Shown piece by piece: positions 1 to 12,243 of a stretch of 64,000 nucleotides of DNA; positions within the stretch are counted from its first letter, which is position 1; each line of letters starts with the position of its first letter. The notes under the pieces are model-generated. The model was not told where the DNA came from. It was given only the letters and a program-made list of their open reading frames with translations, and did no database searches. The stretch comes from Eledone cirrhosa (taxonomy: Eukaryota): contig OZ024742.1 of the NCBI GenBank assembly GCA_964016885.1, positions 214,024,001-214,088,000 of the forward strand. Direction: 5' to 3'. Made by a program: the position numbers and the translations under genes.

Positions 1-41
<41 letters not shown>

Positions 42-135
42 GCTTTTATATATATATACAGCTCCAACCGGGATTGATTGTAGCATATTCTATATTACAT
101 ATATATATATATACGGATTCTGAATACATGTATAA

Positions 136-1046
136 TCTATATATATAAAACTGTGGTTGTCTGTCTGTCTATCGATTTTTGGCACACATTCTCCTCTTAG
201 AATCTCTCACGGAATTGCACCGAAATTGCTATACTTGTACATTGAGCCCTAGCGAAGACATCGGAAAAAAAATATTTCAAATTGACCCACCCTATGTGAC
301 GAAATCGAATATAATGTATCGATTTTTGAGCGTAAGTTATCAGTTATTTCCCTTTGTTCTGTTTACATTGAGCGTCTTACGTAAAAAATTACGCTGGCTT
401 TCTTAGCGTTTAAAATGACATTAACACAATACACGAACAGTTGTCGAGCCAGCAAAATATTGACCTGCAAAATTCATCAGTTCGAACACTTAGCTTCCGT
501 TTTGCTTCATTTCCATTTAAAAGCATTTTAAAACAATATTTTTACTTGAAAACAAGTCTATTTAAAGACTACGTAAAACAAGCAAATATTTCGTAAAAAA
601 AAGCAAAAATTATATAGTTTATTTAAAATATATGTATCTGTAAATTTCGTTAGGCGTGCAGACAGATAGTCGTGCAGAGAGGTGATATACGCGTGCAGAC
701 AGACAGTCGTGCAGCGAGGTGATATAGGCGTGCAGACAGACATAACTGATAATTTGGTTAACTAATGTTTTTCTCTGCGTTGCAGTGTTTACATTTTCGA
801 TCTTTGTTAATAAATAACCATTGCAGTTTTTATCCCCAGCATCCTCTTTTGTTATAACATTCGGGTTATCGTTATGTTTTCTTAACTTCATAAGGCATAT
901 TGTTGGTTGAGGGAATATTAATCAAAAACACCACATGCAAGTCTGCACAGTAGACACTACAGTTTTTAAGCCAAAAAAGAAACTTAACATTGTAACTTTA
1001 ACACAGCTACTGAGCGACCCCGAGCAACGCCGGGCTTTACTGCTAG
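136..1046 (+). mobile_element. Non-autonomous Helitron-type element
   Basis: 5' TC start (TCTATATATATAAAA); 3' hairpin CCCGAGCAACGCCGGG followed by CTAG; sits between A and T with no TSD; internal ~36-bp minisatellite at 654-741. Confidence 0.7.
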
Positions 1047-1075
1047 TAATATATACATACATGTATATGTATGTA

Positions 1076-1120
<45 letters not shown>

Positions 1121-1196
1121 GAAGTTCTTCTGTAGGAAAGGTAAGGGAAAAGAGAGTGCTCTATGTAGGTTACAGACCTTTTTAATTATGTAATAC

Positions 1197-1298
1197 ACAA
1201 CATCAGATAATTATTACATTTACCAGTGGTTTCTTGAAGACAGATGTTTATGTCTGTCTTAAAGAAACCACTGGTAAATGAAATAATTATCTTATGTT

Positions 1299-1300
<2 letters not shown>
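1197..1300. repeat. Imperfect palindrome containing the 3' half of a hammerhead ribozyme (PLE pLTR fold-back)
   Basis: Arms ACAACATCAGATAATTATTACATTTACCAGTGGTTTCTT / AAGAAACCACTGGTAAATGAAATAATTATCTTATGTTGT; GAA-ACCACTGGT-A resembles hammerhead stem III plus GUA; (TA)n directly downstream. Confidence 0.6.
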
Positions 1301-1345
<45 letters not shown>

Positions 1346-1348
<3 letters not shown>

Positions 1349-1647
1349 TGGCTGCCAACTCGTTTACGAGTACGGCCACTACTTTATATCCATGTAGGAG
1401 AACCCCTACCGAAGCGCTGAACGAGTGTGACTTTTTAGTCCAGCCATCGACTTAAAAACTCTGGTACACACACTACACATGTGACAATTATTGACACATA
1501 GTGCTGGGCCCATGGTACCATGTGACGACAAGTGCAGAGAGATCTCCAGATATAAAGCAATGCCTGTGCCGTGAAGCTTTTATAGTGAGCAAAGGCACTG
1601 CACAAAGCCAGTCCCACTCTCTTAACCAAGATGATATTTACCAAAAA

Positions 1648-1650
<3 letters not shown>
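1346..1650 (-). mobile_element. 5'-truncated copy of the RTE-tailed non-autonomous element
   Basis: Reverse complement of the 62.6-64 kb family, with the same CTCG-N4-CGAGTTGGCAGCCACC end; flanked by (TA)n. Confidence 0.8.
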
Positions 1651-1680
<30 letters not shown>

Positions 1681-1681
<1 letters not shown>

Positions 1682-1764
1682 CGACGGAAATGTGGTAAGG
1701 AACTAGATGGACCATAACGCACCGTCGAAACGGCTTGAGCTCAGCCGTCGGGGTCCTACTCGTT

Positions 1765-1822
<58 letters not shown>

Positions 1823-2240
1823 TAGTAAGAATTATTTCAAGAGTAACTTACTATTTTGAAAATTTGGACTGTGAACAACAATTATAATTGAGTGGCTGCT
1901 ATTTGCAGTATAGCAATATAAGGTTGCACTTACCAATGAAACGGTCGTAAATACCTGGATCCTTCTCTTAATGCTTACCTGTGTTTTCTCTTTTATACTA
2001 TATTTATATATATGTATATAACGAAGGAAATGTGGTAAGGAACCAAGTAGACCATAACGCACCAAAGTACTCAATACTTAGGGTAGTAGAGTGGGTAATA
2101 GGAACGAGTAGGACCCCGACGGCTGAGCTCAAGCCGTTTCGACGGCTAATTCTGGACGCAGAAGTCCAGAATTAGTCCAGAAATAGTCCAGAATTAGCCG
2201 TCGAAACGGCTTGAGCTCAGCGGTCGGGGTCCTACTCGTT

Positions 2241-2296
<56 letters not shown>

Positions 2297-2726
2297 TATG
2301 TGAATTATAATACGGTGTCGATTGAGAATTCTGAATATAGAATTAAAAGCTTTCACAAATTATTGACTGCAGAACATAATCTAATATGAAGCTCCATGAA
2401 GCCCCATAATGAAAGAAATGGGCATTAGCACATATGCCCAGTTAGTTCCTTTATGGGGTTTATATGCCTAATATTTGACTATTTTCTGTAGCCAAATACG
2501 GCGAAAGATATTATTTGTATAAACGTTTGTATATGTATAATAAAGCCGAAACAATGCAAGTATGGACATAGAATAAAGAATGCAAAAGATATTGTTGACA
2601 ATTAGTCTTTTACCTTAGATTTATTTAAATGTCCTTAATTTTCGAGATAATATCTCTTCTTCGGAGGGAAGTAAAGCGGTTAAACCAGCTTGCCAAGTCA
2701 TGCTGAGAGGAAATTATTTGTGTTTT

Positions 2727-2811
<85 letters not shown>

Positions 2812-2992
2812 AAAAGGTTCAAGACCCCGACGGCAGAGCGCAAGCCGTTTCAAAGGCTATTTCTGGACCAATGAAATAGCCGTCGAAACGGCTTGAGCTC
2901 TGCCGTCGGGATCTTTAACATTTTCCTATTACCCACTCTACTACCCTAAGTATGGAGTACTCTGGTGTGTTATGGTCCATTCCTTACCACAC
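1681..2992. mobile_element. Three rearranged pLTR fragments of one PLE/retrozyme family (1681-1768, 2021-2245, 2807-2992) in (TA)n
   Basis: Shared GTCGAAACGGCTTGAGCTCWGCCGTCGGG motif (GAAA, stem III ACGGC/GCCGT, GUC); inverted arms 2098-2157/2186-2245 and 2807-2929; each copy abuts (TA)n. A related fragment lies at ~61410-61475. Confidence 0.65.
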
Positions 2993-3013
2993 TAACTTAT
3001 TTTAGCTATTGTT

Positions 3014-3666
3014 CGCGCTAGACTGAGGTATCTGGTCTTTAATGCGAAGAAATATCTATGAAGGCTAGTAGACCTCTGATGATGGATAGTGCTATTTCTA
3101 ATTCTTCATTTTAATTTGTATATCACATTTGCAACTACACAACACGCCATTTTTCATTCCTATATGCTTTCCCCTTCGCGATGACCTGTCTTCTTCTCTT
3201 CCCTTACTGCTATCCTCTTTCACTCTCCCCCTTCTCTCTCCTTCACCCTCTTACTTTCCTTCACCCCCTCTGCTAGTCATCCTCTCTCGGCTAGCCTCTT
3301 CCTCACACTTTCACTCACTCACTCTCTGCTACTAACTCTCTCTCTCACTTCCTCCATCGTCCCACACCGTGCGTAATTCTTTCCTCGCTTACTTTCGCAT
3401 GGTTGGGATGAGTCTCTCGTCTTCTCGTCAATATTCGCAAGTTCTTATGTTCAAATGAATCATTGACATGATTTTCTCATTTTTTCCTCTCTTTACGTTG
3501 CCTCGCCATTCATGTTTGTTTACCTCTCTTTCTCGACCCAATTCTTTTTATCCCAATAACTTCGCTAGCCTGAGGTATCTGTCTTTAATGCGAAGAAATA
3601 CCTATGATGGCTAGTAGATCACTGATATGGACAGTCCTATTTCTAATTCATCATTTTAATTTGTAT
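3014..3666. repeat. Element with ~110-bp diverged terminal direct repeats (3014-3124, 3561-3666)
   Basis: CGCTAG(A/C)CTGAGGTATCTG...TTTTAATTTGTATAT occurs twice ~550 bp apart with a CT-rich interior, ending in (TA)n. Confidence 0.6.
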
Positions 3667-3796
3667 ATATATATATATATATATCATACATCACACTCAT
3701 ACACATTTCTGTCTTCTTGTATGTTTACAAACAAACCCCATGCATTTACTTATCCATATGCTTTCATTAGTATGTGACTACCCTCATTATTTTATC

Positions 3797-3885
<89 letters not shown>

Positions 3886-3900
3886 TTATCTCTCTCTCTA
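3797..3900 (+). repeat. (TCTA)n microsatellite upstream of the Tx1 array
   Basis: Direct reading of the sequence. Confidence 0.95.
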
Positions 3901-4120
3901 TCAGACGTGTGTAACTTCGCGGAGAAGTTTCCGTTAATTTATGTAAGAAAAAAACGCGAGTTTTTAGTTAAATTTTATATCATTGTGTAACTTGACTCCC
4001 CGTCTGGACCTTCAGGTGGTGGGTCAACTCATTTTCGCTCCTTCAGGGGCGGAATATCCATTTGAAAAATTTTTTCTCCATCGAATCTTTGAAAAAATAT
4101 TGTAAAATTTTGATTACGTT

Positions 4121-6037
4121 ATGAACGCTGCGTCCAACGATAATGGTGGTGGAGAGGCGGTAAGACTACAAAGCTCGCAGTCAACAACGTCTTCTTCACT
4201 AGATACTATAGAGATGGAAAGACGAAATGAAAATGTAAAAACGAATTCATATCCAAACAACACAAATGACACCAAACAATTCAATGACAACAAAAATAAC
4301 AGCAAAACCAATAATGATGATAAAAGCAACAATGATAACAACAACAAAGAAAAAAATAAAGACAACACCAATAACACCAGCATCAAAGACAACAACAACA
4401 CCAAGGAAAACACGAATAATACCAACATCGGTGACAACAAGAATAACAACAACAATAACAACAATAATGACAACACCACCAATACGGATTCCACAAAGAA
4501 ACCAAAAATCTCCTTTGCAGAGAAAGTTAAAAAAAGGAGGAATTGATATATCTCGACATAACAAATGCTGAACAACTTTTAAAGGACGCTAAGAGATATG
4601 TATGTCACTTTCGAAAAAAATGGTGCTTTCAGCATCAATTCTCCGGTAGAAATTCGCAAGGAAACTGCTCTCAAAACGATAGTTTTTAGGACAGTTTCCA
4701 ATTCTACCCGAAAACCAGTCCAATTGTCACAGAAAGAAATTGAACTGGTTTTCAAAAATTCAATGAATGATATTGCATTCATTCAAAGAAGCAAACTTTT
4801 TGGGAGTATTTCGGTACTCATGAAGGATCAATTGACGGCTCAAAATTACTCTGTGTCGCCAATTGTATCCAACCTGTACACCTTTTTCCCTACATACATG
4901 GGAAAAAGGACACAAAAGATCAGAATCACGAGTGTCACACCGAAGGTGAACATATGGTGATACTGTGCGGCTTCATCAATTTTGATGACGACAGAATACT
5001 GTCAGTAGGAAAGTCCCCCAGAGATGTATTCAATGGGACTAGCATTGAAGTTCTGGTGCAAATGAGCCCAGAGCGAATAGCTATGATCCCACAACGTGTA
5101 CTCCTGGACGGACTCACCTACATAAACTTTTAGGTTGAGGGTAGGCGGCCTTCATGTTACCATTGCTTTAGCAGGGGTCACCTGAGGGCTTCCTGTCCTA
5201 AATTAATGAACCAAAAATAGGCTCTTCTGCCGACACCCATCAAAACAACACAACCACCAACACCACCACCACCACAACAACACCAACACACAAAAATAAC
5301 CACAGCAAACACAGTCCCACCCAACCCCACTCCACCTAAAACCACTGCAAAATCACATACAGACACAACAGCTCCCCAAGACATACCCCTCCCCAATCAC
5401 ACAGACGATACAACAGATGAGGCTATCTCGCCATCACCCAGTGATGACGAGGGAGAACCCCATCGCTCGAAAAGAAAGAAAAGACATCACAAAAGCAAAA
5501 AACCAGCAAACACTACCACAAACATACAACCACCAACACAAACAACAAAAACATCACAAACAAAACCCCCACCTCCTGAAAACAAAATACCTACAACAAA
5601 ACGAAAGCACACAAGAACTACAGACAAAAACAAACACAACACAAGAAAATTACACTTACACTTACATAAACACTGAAAAAAAAACACTAATGGAGACCAT
5701 CACGAACGACCCTTCGGTGAAAACCGAAGGGAAAACTTTCGCCCACTCTATTAAAAATAGCCAAAAACTTAACCTAAAACTGATTAGGGTCCCTATACAA
5801 ACTTATATGTCGCTAAAAGAAATATTTGAGAAGGATGTGGGGAATTGCTGCGTGAAACCACTCAACCGCGTCCTTCTCAAATGTCTCCCCACCCCAGACA
5901 CCCCCATCCCACCAGACCCCACCCCACCAAACATCTCCGTCCCCACTCCACCGGAAACCACCACCCATCCAGACAACCCCTCCAACACCTGCATGAAAAT
6001 CGTGCGGCCTGGTCCCCAGGAGACGAAGGGTGAGTGA
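4121..6037 (+). pseudogene. Tx1 ORF1 (nucleic-acid-binding protein), disrupted
   Basis: Fragments 4121-4546, 4598-4960 and 5417-6037; VEGRRPSCYHCFSRGHLRASCP knuckle near 5135-5200; homologous to ORF1 of copy 3. Confidence 0.8.
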
Positions 6038-6070
6038 TCTCTTTTCCTCTTTTAACTTTTCAGCACCAAC

Positions 6071-9000
6071 ATGGCCAATATAAGAGTTGGATGTGTGAAC
6101 GTACGCGGCCTGGGGATGCCCTGGAAACAGGGCAAACTCTTAAACGACCTCAGGTCGCACAGTATGGATGTGGTAGCCATTTGCGAGTCCAGGATCCACA
6201 GCGAGCGACAGCTGGCCCCCATCTTCGATGACTTTGAGATCTACGCATCTCTCTGTCAACCGGGGGGTGGGGGCGGAGTTGCCGTTTTGCTGCGGAAACA
6301 CCTGGGCCTCGTAACACAGACGGTACATCTGGACCCGGAGGGTCGACTGGTGGTCCTAGACGTTGAGGGTAGTGAAGGTGGAGCCTTCAGGCTGGTCGCC
6401 GCACATGCCCCATCCGAGACACCGCGGCCAGACTTCTTCAAACGTCTAGAGACTTTTCTGGGAACGCCCCGCTCCTTGCTTTTAGTGGGGGGCTGGAATG
6501 GAATCCTAGATGCACGTTGGGACTATGTGGGAGCATGTCCCGATAAAGGGGGGTGTAACAGCCTCAAACAGTTAATCGACTGATTTGACCTGGCCGATAG
6601 ATATCGACTAGATTTTCCGACTGCGCCACTGTGGACGTGGAATAATCGTAGCGGAACATCTAGATCGTACCTAGATAGGGTTCTAGTTAGAAATAAGGAT
6701 AGGGACATGTTAAGCTGTCCACAAATGTTCATGGTTGCCTATTCAGATCACAAACTAGTGACCTGCATGGTCAACCTTGATAGAACCCATAGACAAGGAC
6801 CCGGCTACTGGAAGCTGAACTTGTCGTTACCGACAAGCAAAGCCTACAGTAGACGGATTAGCACTTTAGTTAAACAGCATTTGACAGGGGCCATTTTCAA
6901 CAACAGATGGTGGTACTCTCTCAAGAGGGCAGTTAGATTACACTCGATAGTTTTTAGTAAAGAATTAGCGTTAGATAGAAATATAACCGAGAAGGAACTG
7001 GTAGATAAAGTAGAAGAAGCAATTAGAAGTGGCAACGTAGCCAGCGTGCTAGCAACGAGAACGGCCTTGGACCAGTTCTTCGACGCAAAGCACGAGGGCT
7101 GCGTTGTCAGAAGCAAAATACGTGCTCTGGGAAACGAGGGAGCCAAAGCTGTTAGCTGGGCCCGAGTGACGGAGGCAAAAAGTGGCAACAAGTCCACGAT
7201 TCGGTCTTTGAAGGACCAAAACGGACGCGCGATACGTGAGCCGAAGCAGATGTGTGCGGCTTTTCAGCGGCACTTTGCTCAGCTGTTCGGGGGGGGGGGG
7301 GTGCCGGGAGAGGCTATGGATTTCGGTCCATACCTCGACGGCCTACCGTGACTCTCGGACAGCGAGGCAAAGTTCTGCGAAAAGCCGATTTCAGCCACTG
7401 AGATAGGGTACGCGCTGAGCCAATGCGGCAAACGCAAATCTCCAGGTCTCGACGGTCTACCCTACGAATTTTACGTAGCAATGCCGGACTTATTCTCCGG
7501 TCTCCTGGAAGCGGTCTACTTCAACTGGCAACAGAACGGGAGAATTCCCAGTTCTGTAACCGGGGGCGTGGTCACACTAATCAGGAAGGACGAGAACAAG
7601 GGGGATGACATAGGCAACTTCCGGCCCATAACTCTGCTAAACACAGAGTTACAGATTTTGGCCAAGGTTTTGGCAAAGAGGCTGGCGCTTGTCGTCGAGA
7701 ACCTGGTGGGAGAAGCGCAGACATGCGCAATCCCGACCAGGTCCATACACGACAACCTCCACCACATGCGATACATGATAGAGAGGGTAGGGTGTAAACC
7801 CGGCTTCGGTGGGGCCCTGATCAACTTGGATCAGTCTAAGGCTTTCGATAGGGTTGACCATCGTTACCTGGATGCGGTGCTCGAGACGGCAGGCTTCGGA
7901 CTCGTGTTCAGACTGTGTTCGTGTTCGTGCACAACAGCAACATCTGCTCAAGGGTTAAGGTGAACGGCTAACTCTCGGAGCCGTTCCATATTACGCGATC
8001 CATTCGACAGGGATGCCCTCTCTCCTCCCTTCTGTACGTACTGACTCTCGAGCCACTACTGCGGAAGTTGGAGCTATTGCAGGGCATCCCTCTGGAACCG
8101 GGACTGCGGAAAGCGGCGTCGGCATACGCCGACGACGACACAGTAATGGTGTCGAGCGTCTCGCAAATCGAGGAAGTCACCACCTTACTGAAGGAATACG
8201 AAAGTTTCACAGGAGCGAAGCTGAACCGGGACAAGTCCATCGGTTAACAACTCGGATCGTGGAGGGGCAAACCGATGCCTTCCGATGGCGTCGTCGGACG
8301 CTGGACGGAAGGACCGGTAAAGCTGCTCGGGGTCTGGTTTGATCCGGACCTCCAGGTGGAGAAGAACTGGAACGAAGTGACGGCCAAGGTGTTTGCACTC
8401 ACCCAGAAGTGGGCCGAGTGCAAACTATCCTTGAAAGGTCGAGCGGAGGTGGCGAACACTTTTATAGCGTCAGCCATCTACTACAGCTTGACCGTCGTGC
8501 TTGTCCAGCCAAAACGGTCGCCAAAATGGAACGCGCGCTCTTTCGATTCCTTTGTAAGAGGCGGGCTCTTTTGGTGAGAAGATCCATCTGCTGCCAACAC
8601 CCTTCTAACGGAGGGTTTGGGATGCCGTGGTTGACGATGCGTAAACACGCGCTCAGGTTGCGGCATCTCTACGTATTCCTAATCGGACAACCGGTGTGGG
8701 CCCCGTTCGTGAGGCGAGCATTCCCACGACTCGTCTCGCTGACCGAGCTGCAGTCCTGGGTCAAGCAAAGACCGAGGAAAATAGGCGACTGGCACATCGA
8801 ATGTGCTCAGGAGCTCACAGCCCTCTGGCAGGCGGACCCGGCGATCAGTGGAGACTCCACTTCGTCATTCTGTAGAGGGTTGATCCGCAGCAAGTGCGAC
8901 GACGCGCTCGGTGAAACTCTAGGCGTAGAGGAAGATGAACTGGCCAGTCTGTTCGGTAGGACCTTCCGCCTGGGACCGATGGACAACTTCCAAAAGTCCC

Positions 9001-9485
9001 TGACCTGGCAGTGCTACCGAGGAGCTCTACCAGTTCGAGACAAGCTCTACAGACATGGGCGCCAGGGCAGGGACTCGGCAAAAAGATCTGTCCGAGGTGG
9101 TGCGAGACGAAGAAACCGTCGCGCACGCATTCATACACTGCCCAGGCGTCACTGACCTGTGGGACTATGTAGAACGACTATTGTCGCGGGTGCCGAGTCC
9201 ATTGTCATGATCAAACCTCCACCCTCCTTCAAAAACGAAGGAGAGGCGGTTTTCCTTTGTGTGATAGCTATGGCGAAAGAGGTTGTATGGTGGACAAGGT
9301 TGAAAGGGCTGAGGTCAGACACCTTTCTCTCCGGCCAACAACTGATTCTTTTATTCAAATACCACTCTGGAAGAAGAATCAGGATGGAGAGAGAGGTGCT
9401 GTACCCCAGCAAGTTTTATGAAAGGTGGGTGAAAGTGGCGAGAATGGCCCGAGTGAATGGGCCTTCTCTCTATATCAGCCTGTAG
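6071..9485 (+). pseudogene. Tx1 ORF2: APE endonuclease + reverse transcriptase, with stops and frameshifts
   Basis: NVRGL, SDH, GPGYWKLN, FRPITLLN, DQSKAFDRVDH, RQGCPLS and YADD motifs spread over several frames. Confidence 0.92.
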
Positions 9486-9726
9486 GTTGAGGAAAAGGAG
9501 GAGGAGAGGAAAGGAGTACAAACTCTACGTACTCCTGGAGATGAGGGTTGCACATTTTTTTTCGGGGGTATGTGTTACCCATATAAACTGTCTCCCTCTA
9601 TTGGGGAAAATCGACTAACTTTTTAAATTCCATTTGTGATAACATTTTACACGTTTTTATTGTATGTAAACTTCCCCCTTTGTATTTGTCCCCTTCTTTT
9701 GTGTCCCTGTGGCTAATAAAGAAACA

Positions 9727-9773
<47 letters not shown>

Positions 9774-9938
9774 ACTCGACGGGGTATTAAACAACCCATT
9801 TGTGGCGCCTCCCCCCTATTGGGGATTTCGATTGTTGAAATTGTTTGTTTTTATATTTTTTACACGACTGTATGTAAAATCCCCGGCATGTCTTTGTATT
9901 GTCCCCTTTCTTGTTGCGCCTTTGTGGCTAATAAAGAA

Positions 9939-9939
<1 letters not shown>
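9774..9939 (+). mobile_element. Tx1 copy 2: 3'UTR-only, severely 5'-truncated
   Basis: Matches the 3'UTR of copy 3 (~15750-15904); (TATC)n on both sides. Confidence 0.85.
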
Positions 9940-9982
<43 letters not shown>

Positions 9983-10193
9983 CTCTTGGTAGCTGGACGC
10001 ACACAATTTTGCTGGTAAGTTTCTGTCAATTTATTTACAAAAAACTGAAATTCTTGTTTTAAAAAAACACATTGTTTTGTAGATTAACCCCCAGGGGAAT
10101 TGTCAGCTGGATGGCAATCTCATTTTTCGCCCACAAAGGGGCGAAAATTTAATTTGAAATTGATTTGAAAACTGTTTAAACATTTTTAATATT

Positions 10194-12201
10194 TTGCCAT
10201 CAGCTATAGCAAGCGTTCAAAGAACGCGAGCGAACGTTGAAGAAGGAAAAAGAAAAGAAGAAATAGACTTTAACGTTGCTAAAAATTTTGCCAGTATCGA
10301 GATAGTTAACAACAAAATTTTATATAACGAAAGTCAAGTAGACAACACAAACAAAATTGAATCGCACAGGGAACCACACAGTATACAACACACACTAAAA
10401 TCAACAGAAAAAACAATTGACACAACTACAAACGGAAAACCCGACAGCAACAACAACAACAAAATAACTTATACAGAAACAGTCACAAGTAATAATAACG
10501 TTACTTCTAACTCCGCATGTATTGGCGTCACCATGGAAACCAATATGAACAACAAAAGTAAAAACAAGATCGAACCACACATAGGCGGAAAAAAACAACA
10601 GAAAATAAAACCATTGACACAACTACAAACGGAAAACCCGACAACCACAACAACAACAACAACAACAAAAAACTTTTGCACAAACAGTCAGCAAGTCACA
10701 AGAATTCAAGGATCTCGATATCTCCAATGCGAAACAGATGCTCCCTGAAGCAAAGGAGTTTATCATTTTCGGTGAAAACGGAGGGTTTCAGATAAACTCA
10801 CCCCCAGAAATTCGTCTGGAAATATTTCGAAGGACAGAACTGTTTCAAATGAAACAAAACGACCAACATTCCTCAGTCAAGGGGACATTGAGGCAACCTT
10901 AATAAAGATATTGCCAGACATTGACTTTATGCAGAGGGCCAAACAGTACGGGAGTATTTCGGTACTCCTCAAAAGCGAGGCCCTTGCACAAAGATATTCA
11001 GTGACGCCAATACTGTCACAAAAATATACCCTTTTCCCTACATACCTGCGAAAAAGGACACACAAAATTAGAGTTTCAAACATACCACCAAATATTAATA
11101 TTTGGTGGATATTAGCTGGATTTTTAGAGGAGAGAAAGGACACTATTCTTTCCATCAAAAAGTCAACCAGACACACCTGGTCTGGTACAAATTTGGAGAT
11201 TCTGGTGCAAATGAGCCCGGAAAGAATCTCCAAAATACCAGAAAAAGTGCTGGTGGACAACAACAGCCACATAAACATTACAGTTGAGGGACGAAGACCA
11301 CATTGCTTTCGTTGCAATAGCACCACACACCCAAATGCCTCCTGTCCTTTACAAACACGCTCAACCAAAACAATACAAAAGAAAACACTGTTACCAACAC
11401 CAACATCAAAACAACCACCACCACAACAACAACTCACGAAACAAGCAAACACACCTAAACAAACAGCCACTCAACCAACAACAACAGAAAAAAACACAGA
11501 CGACACCCCTAAAGAACACAGCCCCACCCCATCCCACTCCATCAAACCCTACCACAAACACACACACCGAAACACCACGATCACACAACATACCCCTACC
11601 CCACACTCCTGACGATGATTATTCATCGACGGAGGAGGCTGCTTCTCCTTCTTTAAGTGAAGAAGAGGGAGAGCCTCGGCAATCTAAAAAACAAAAAAAA
11701 GAGACACCACAAAACCCCCAAAACTCCAATCACCAACACCAACACACAACCACAGACACAAACAACAACACAAACAACACCACAGTCAAACATCCACCTA
11801 CCAGCAAAACCAACACCAACACCACCCCAAACACAAGCACCCACCATAAAAAGAAAACTCCCGTTAAACAAACTAAAACAACGCAACAAAAACACAAACA
11901 ACAATACACATACATCAACACAAACAACAAGAGTTTGCTGGAGGTTATCTCCCCAAACCCCAAGGTGGAGACGGAGGGCAAAACTTTCGTCAAAGCAGAA
12001 TCGTCTCCACACCTTAAACTTATAAGGGTTTCTATGGAGACCTATAGCGACCTAAAAAATATATTTTCACAGGACGTGGGCAACCCCTGCCAGAAACCCA
12101 TCAACCGCGTCCTGTTAAAATGTTTCCCCACCCCACCCAACAACCCATCCAGCACCCAAATGGAAGTTGAAGAATCCAATCTCCAGGAAACGAAAAGGTA
12201 A
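10194..12201 (+). pseudogene. Tx1 ORF1, frameshifted
   Basis: ITVEGRRPHCFRCNSTTHPNASCP knuckle; C-terminal YTYINT...EGKTF...NRVLLKC block shared with copy 1. Confidence 0.8.
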
Positions 12202-12243
12202 GTGCATCTTTTCGTCCTTTTTCTCCAACTTTTCTTCACCAAC

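Larger units (their letters stand above)
3901..9725 (+). mobile_element. Near full-length Tx1/L1-clade non-LTR retrotransposon, copy 1 (degenerate)
   Basis: 5'UTR, ORF1 with CCHC knuckle, ORF2 with APE-RT-CCHC, 3'UTR with AATAAA running directly into (TATC)n; (TCTA)n on both sides. Confidence 0.92.

Noticed and set aside
654-741. Short repeated units resembling a CRISPR array
   Set aside because: This is a tandem minisatellite without unique spacers, in a eukaryotic context with no cas genes.
2627-2730. Possible minus-strand hammerhead (CCGAAGA-GAGAT/ATCTC-GAAAATTA) after a PLE-like C-terminus
   Set aside because: The core is a variant and stem I is only 3 bp; too decayed to call.
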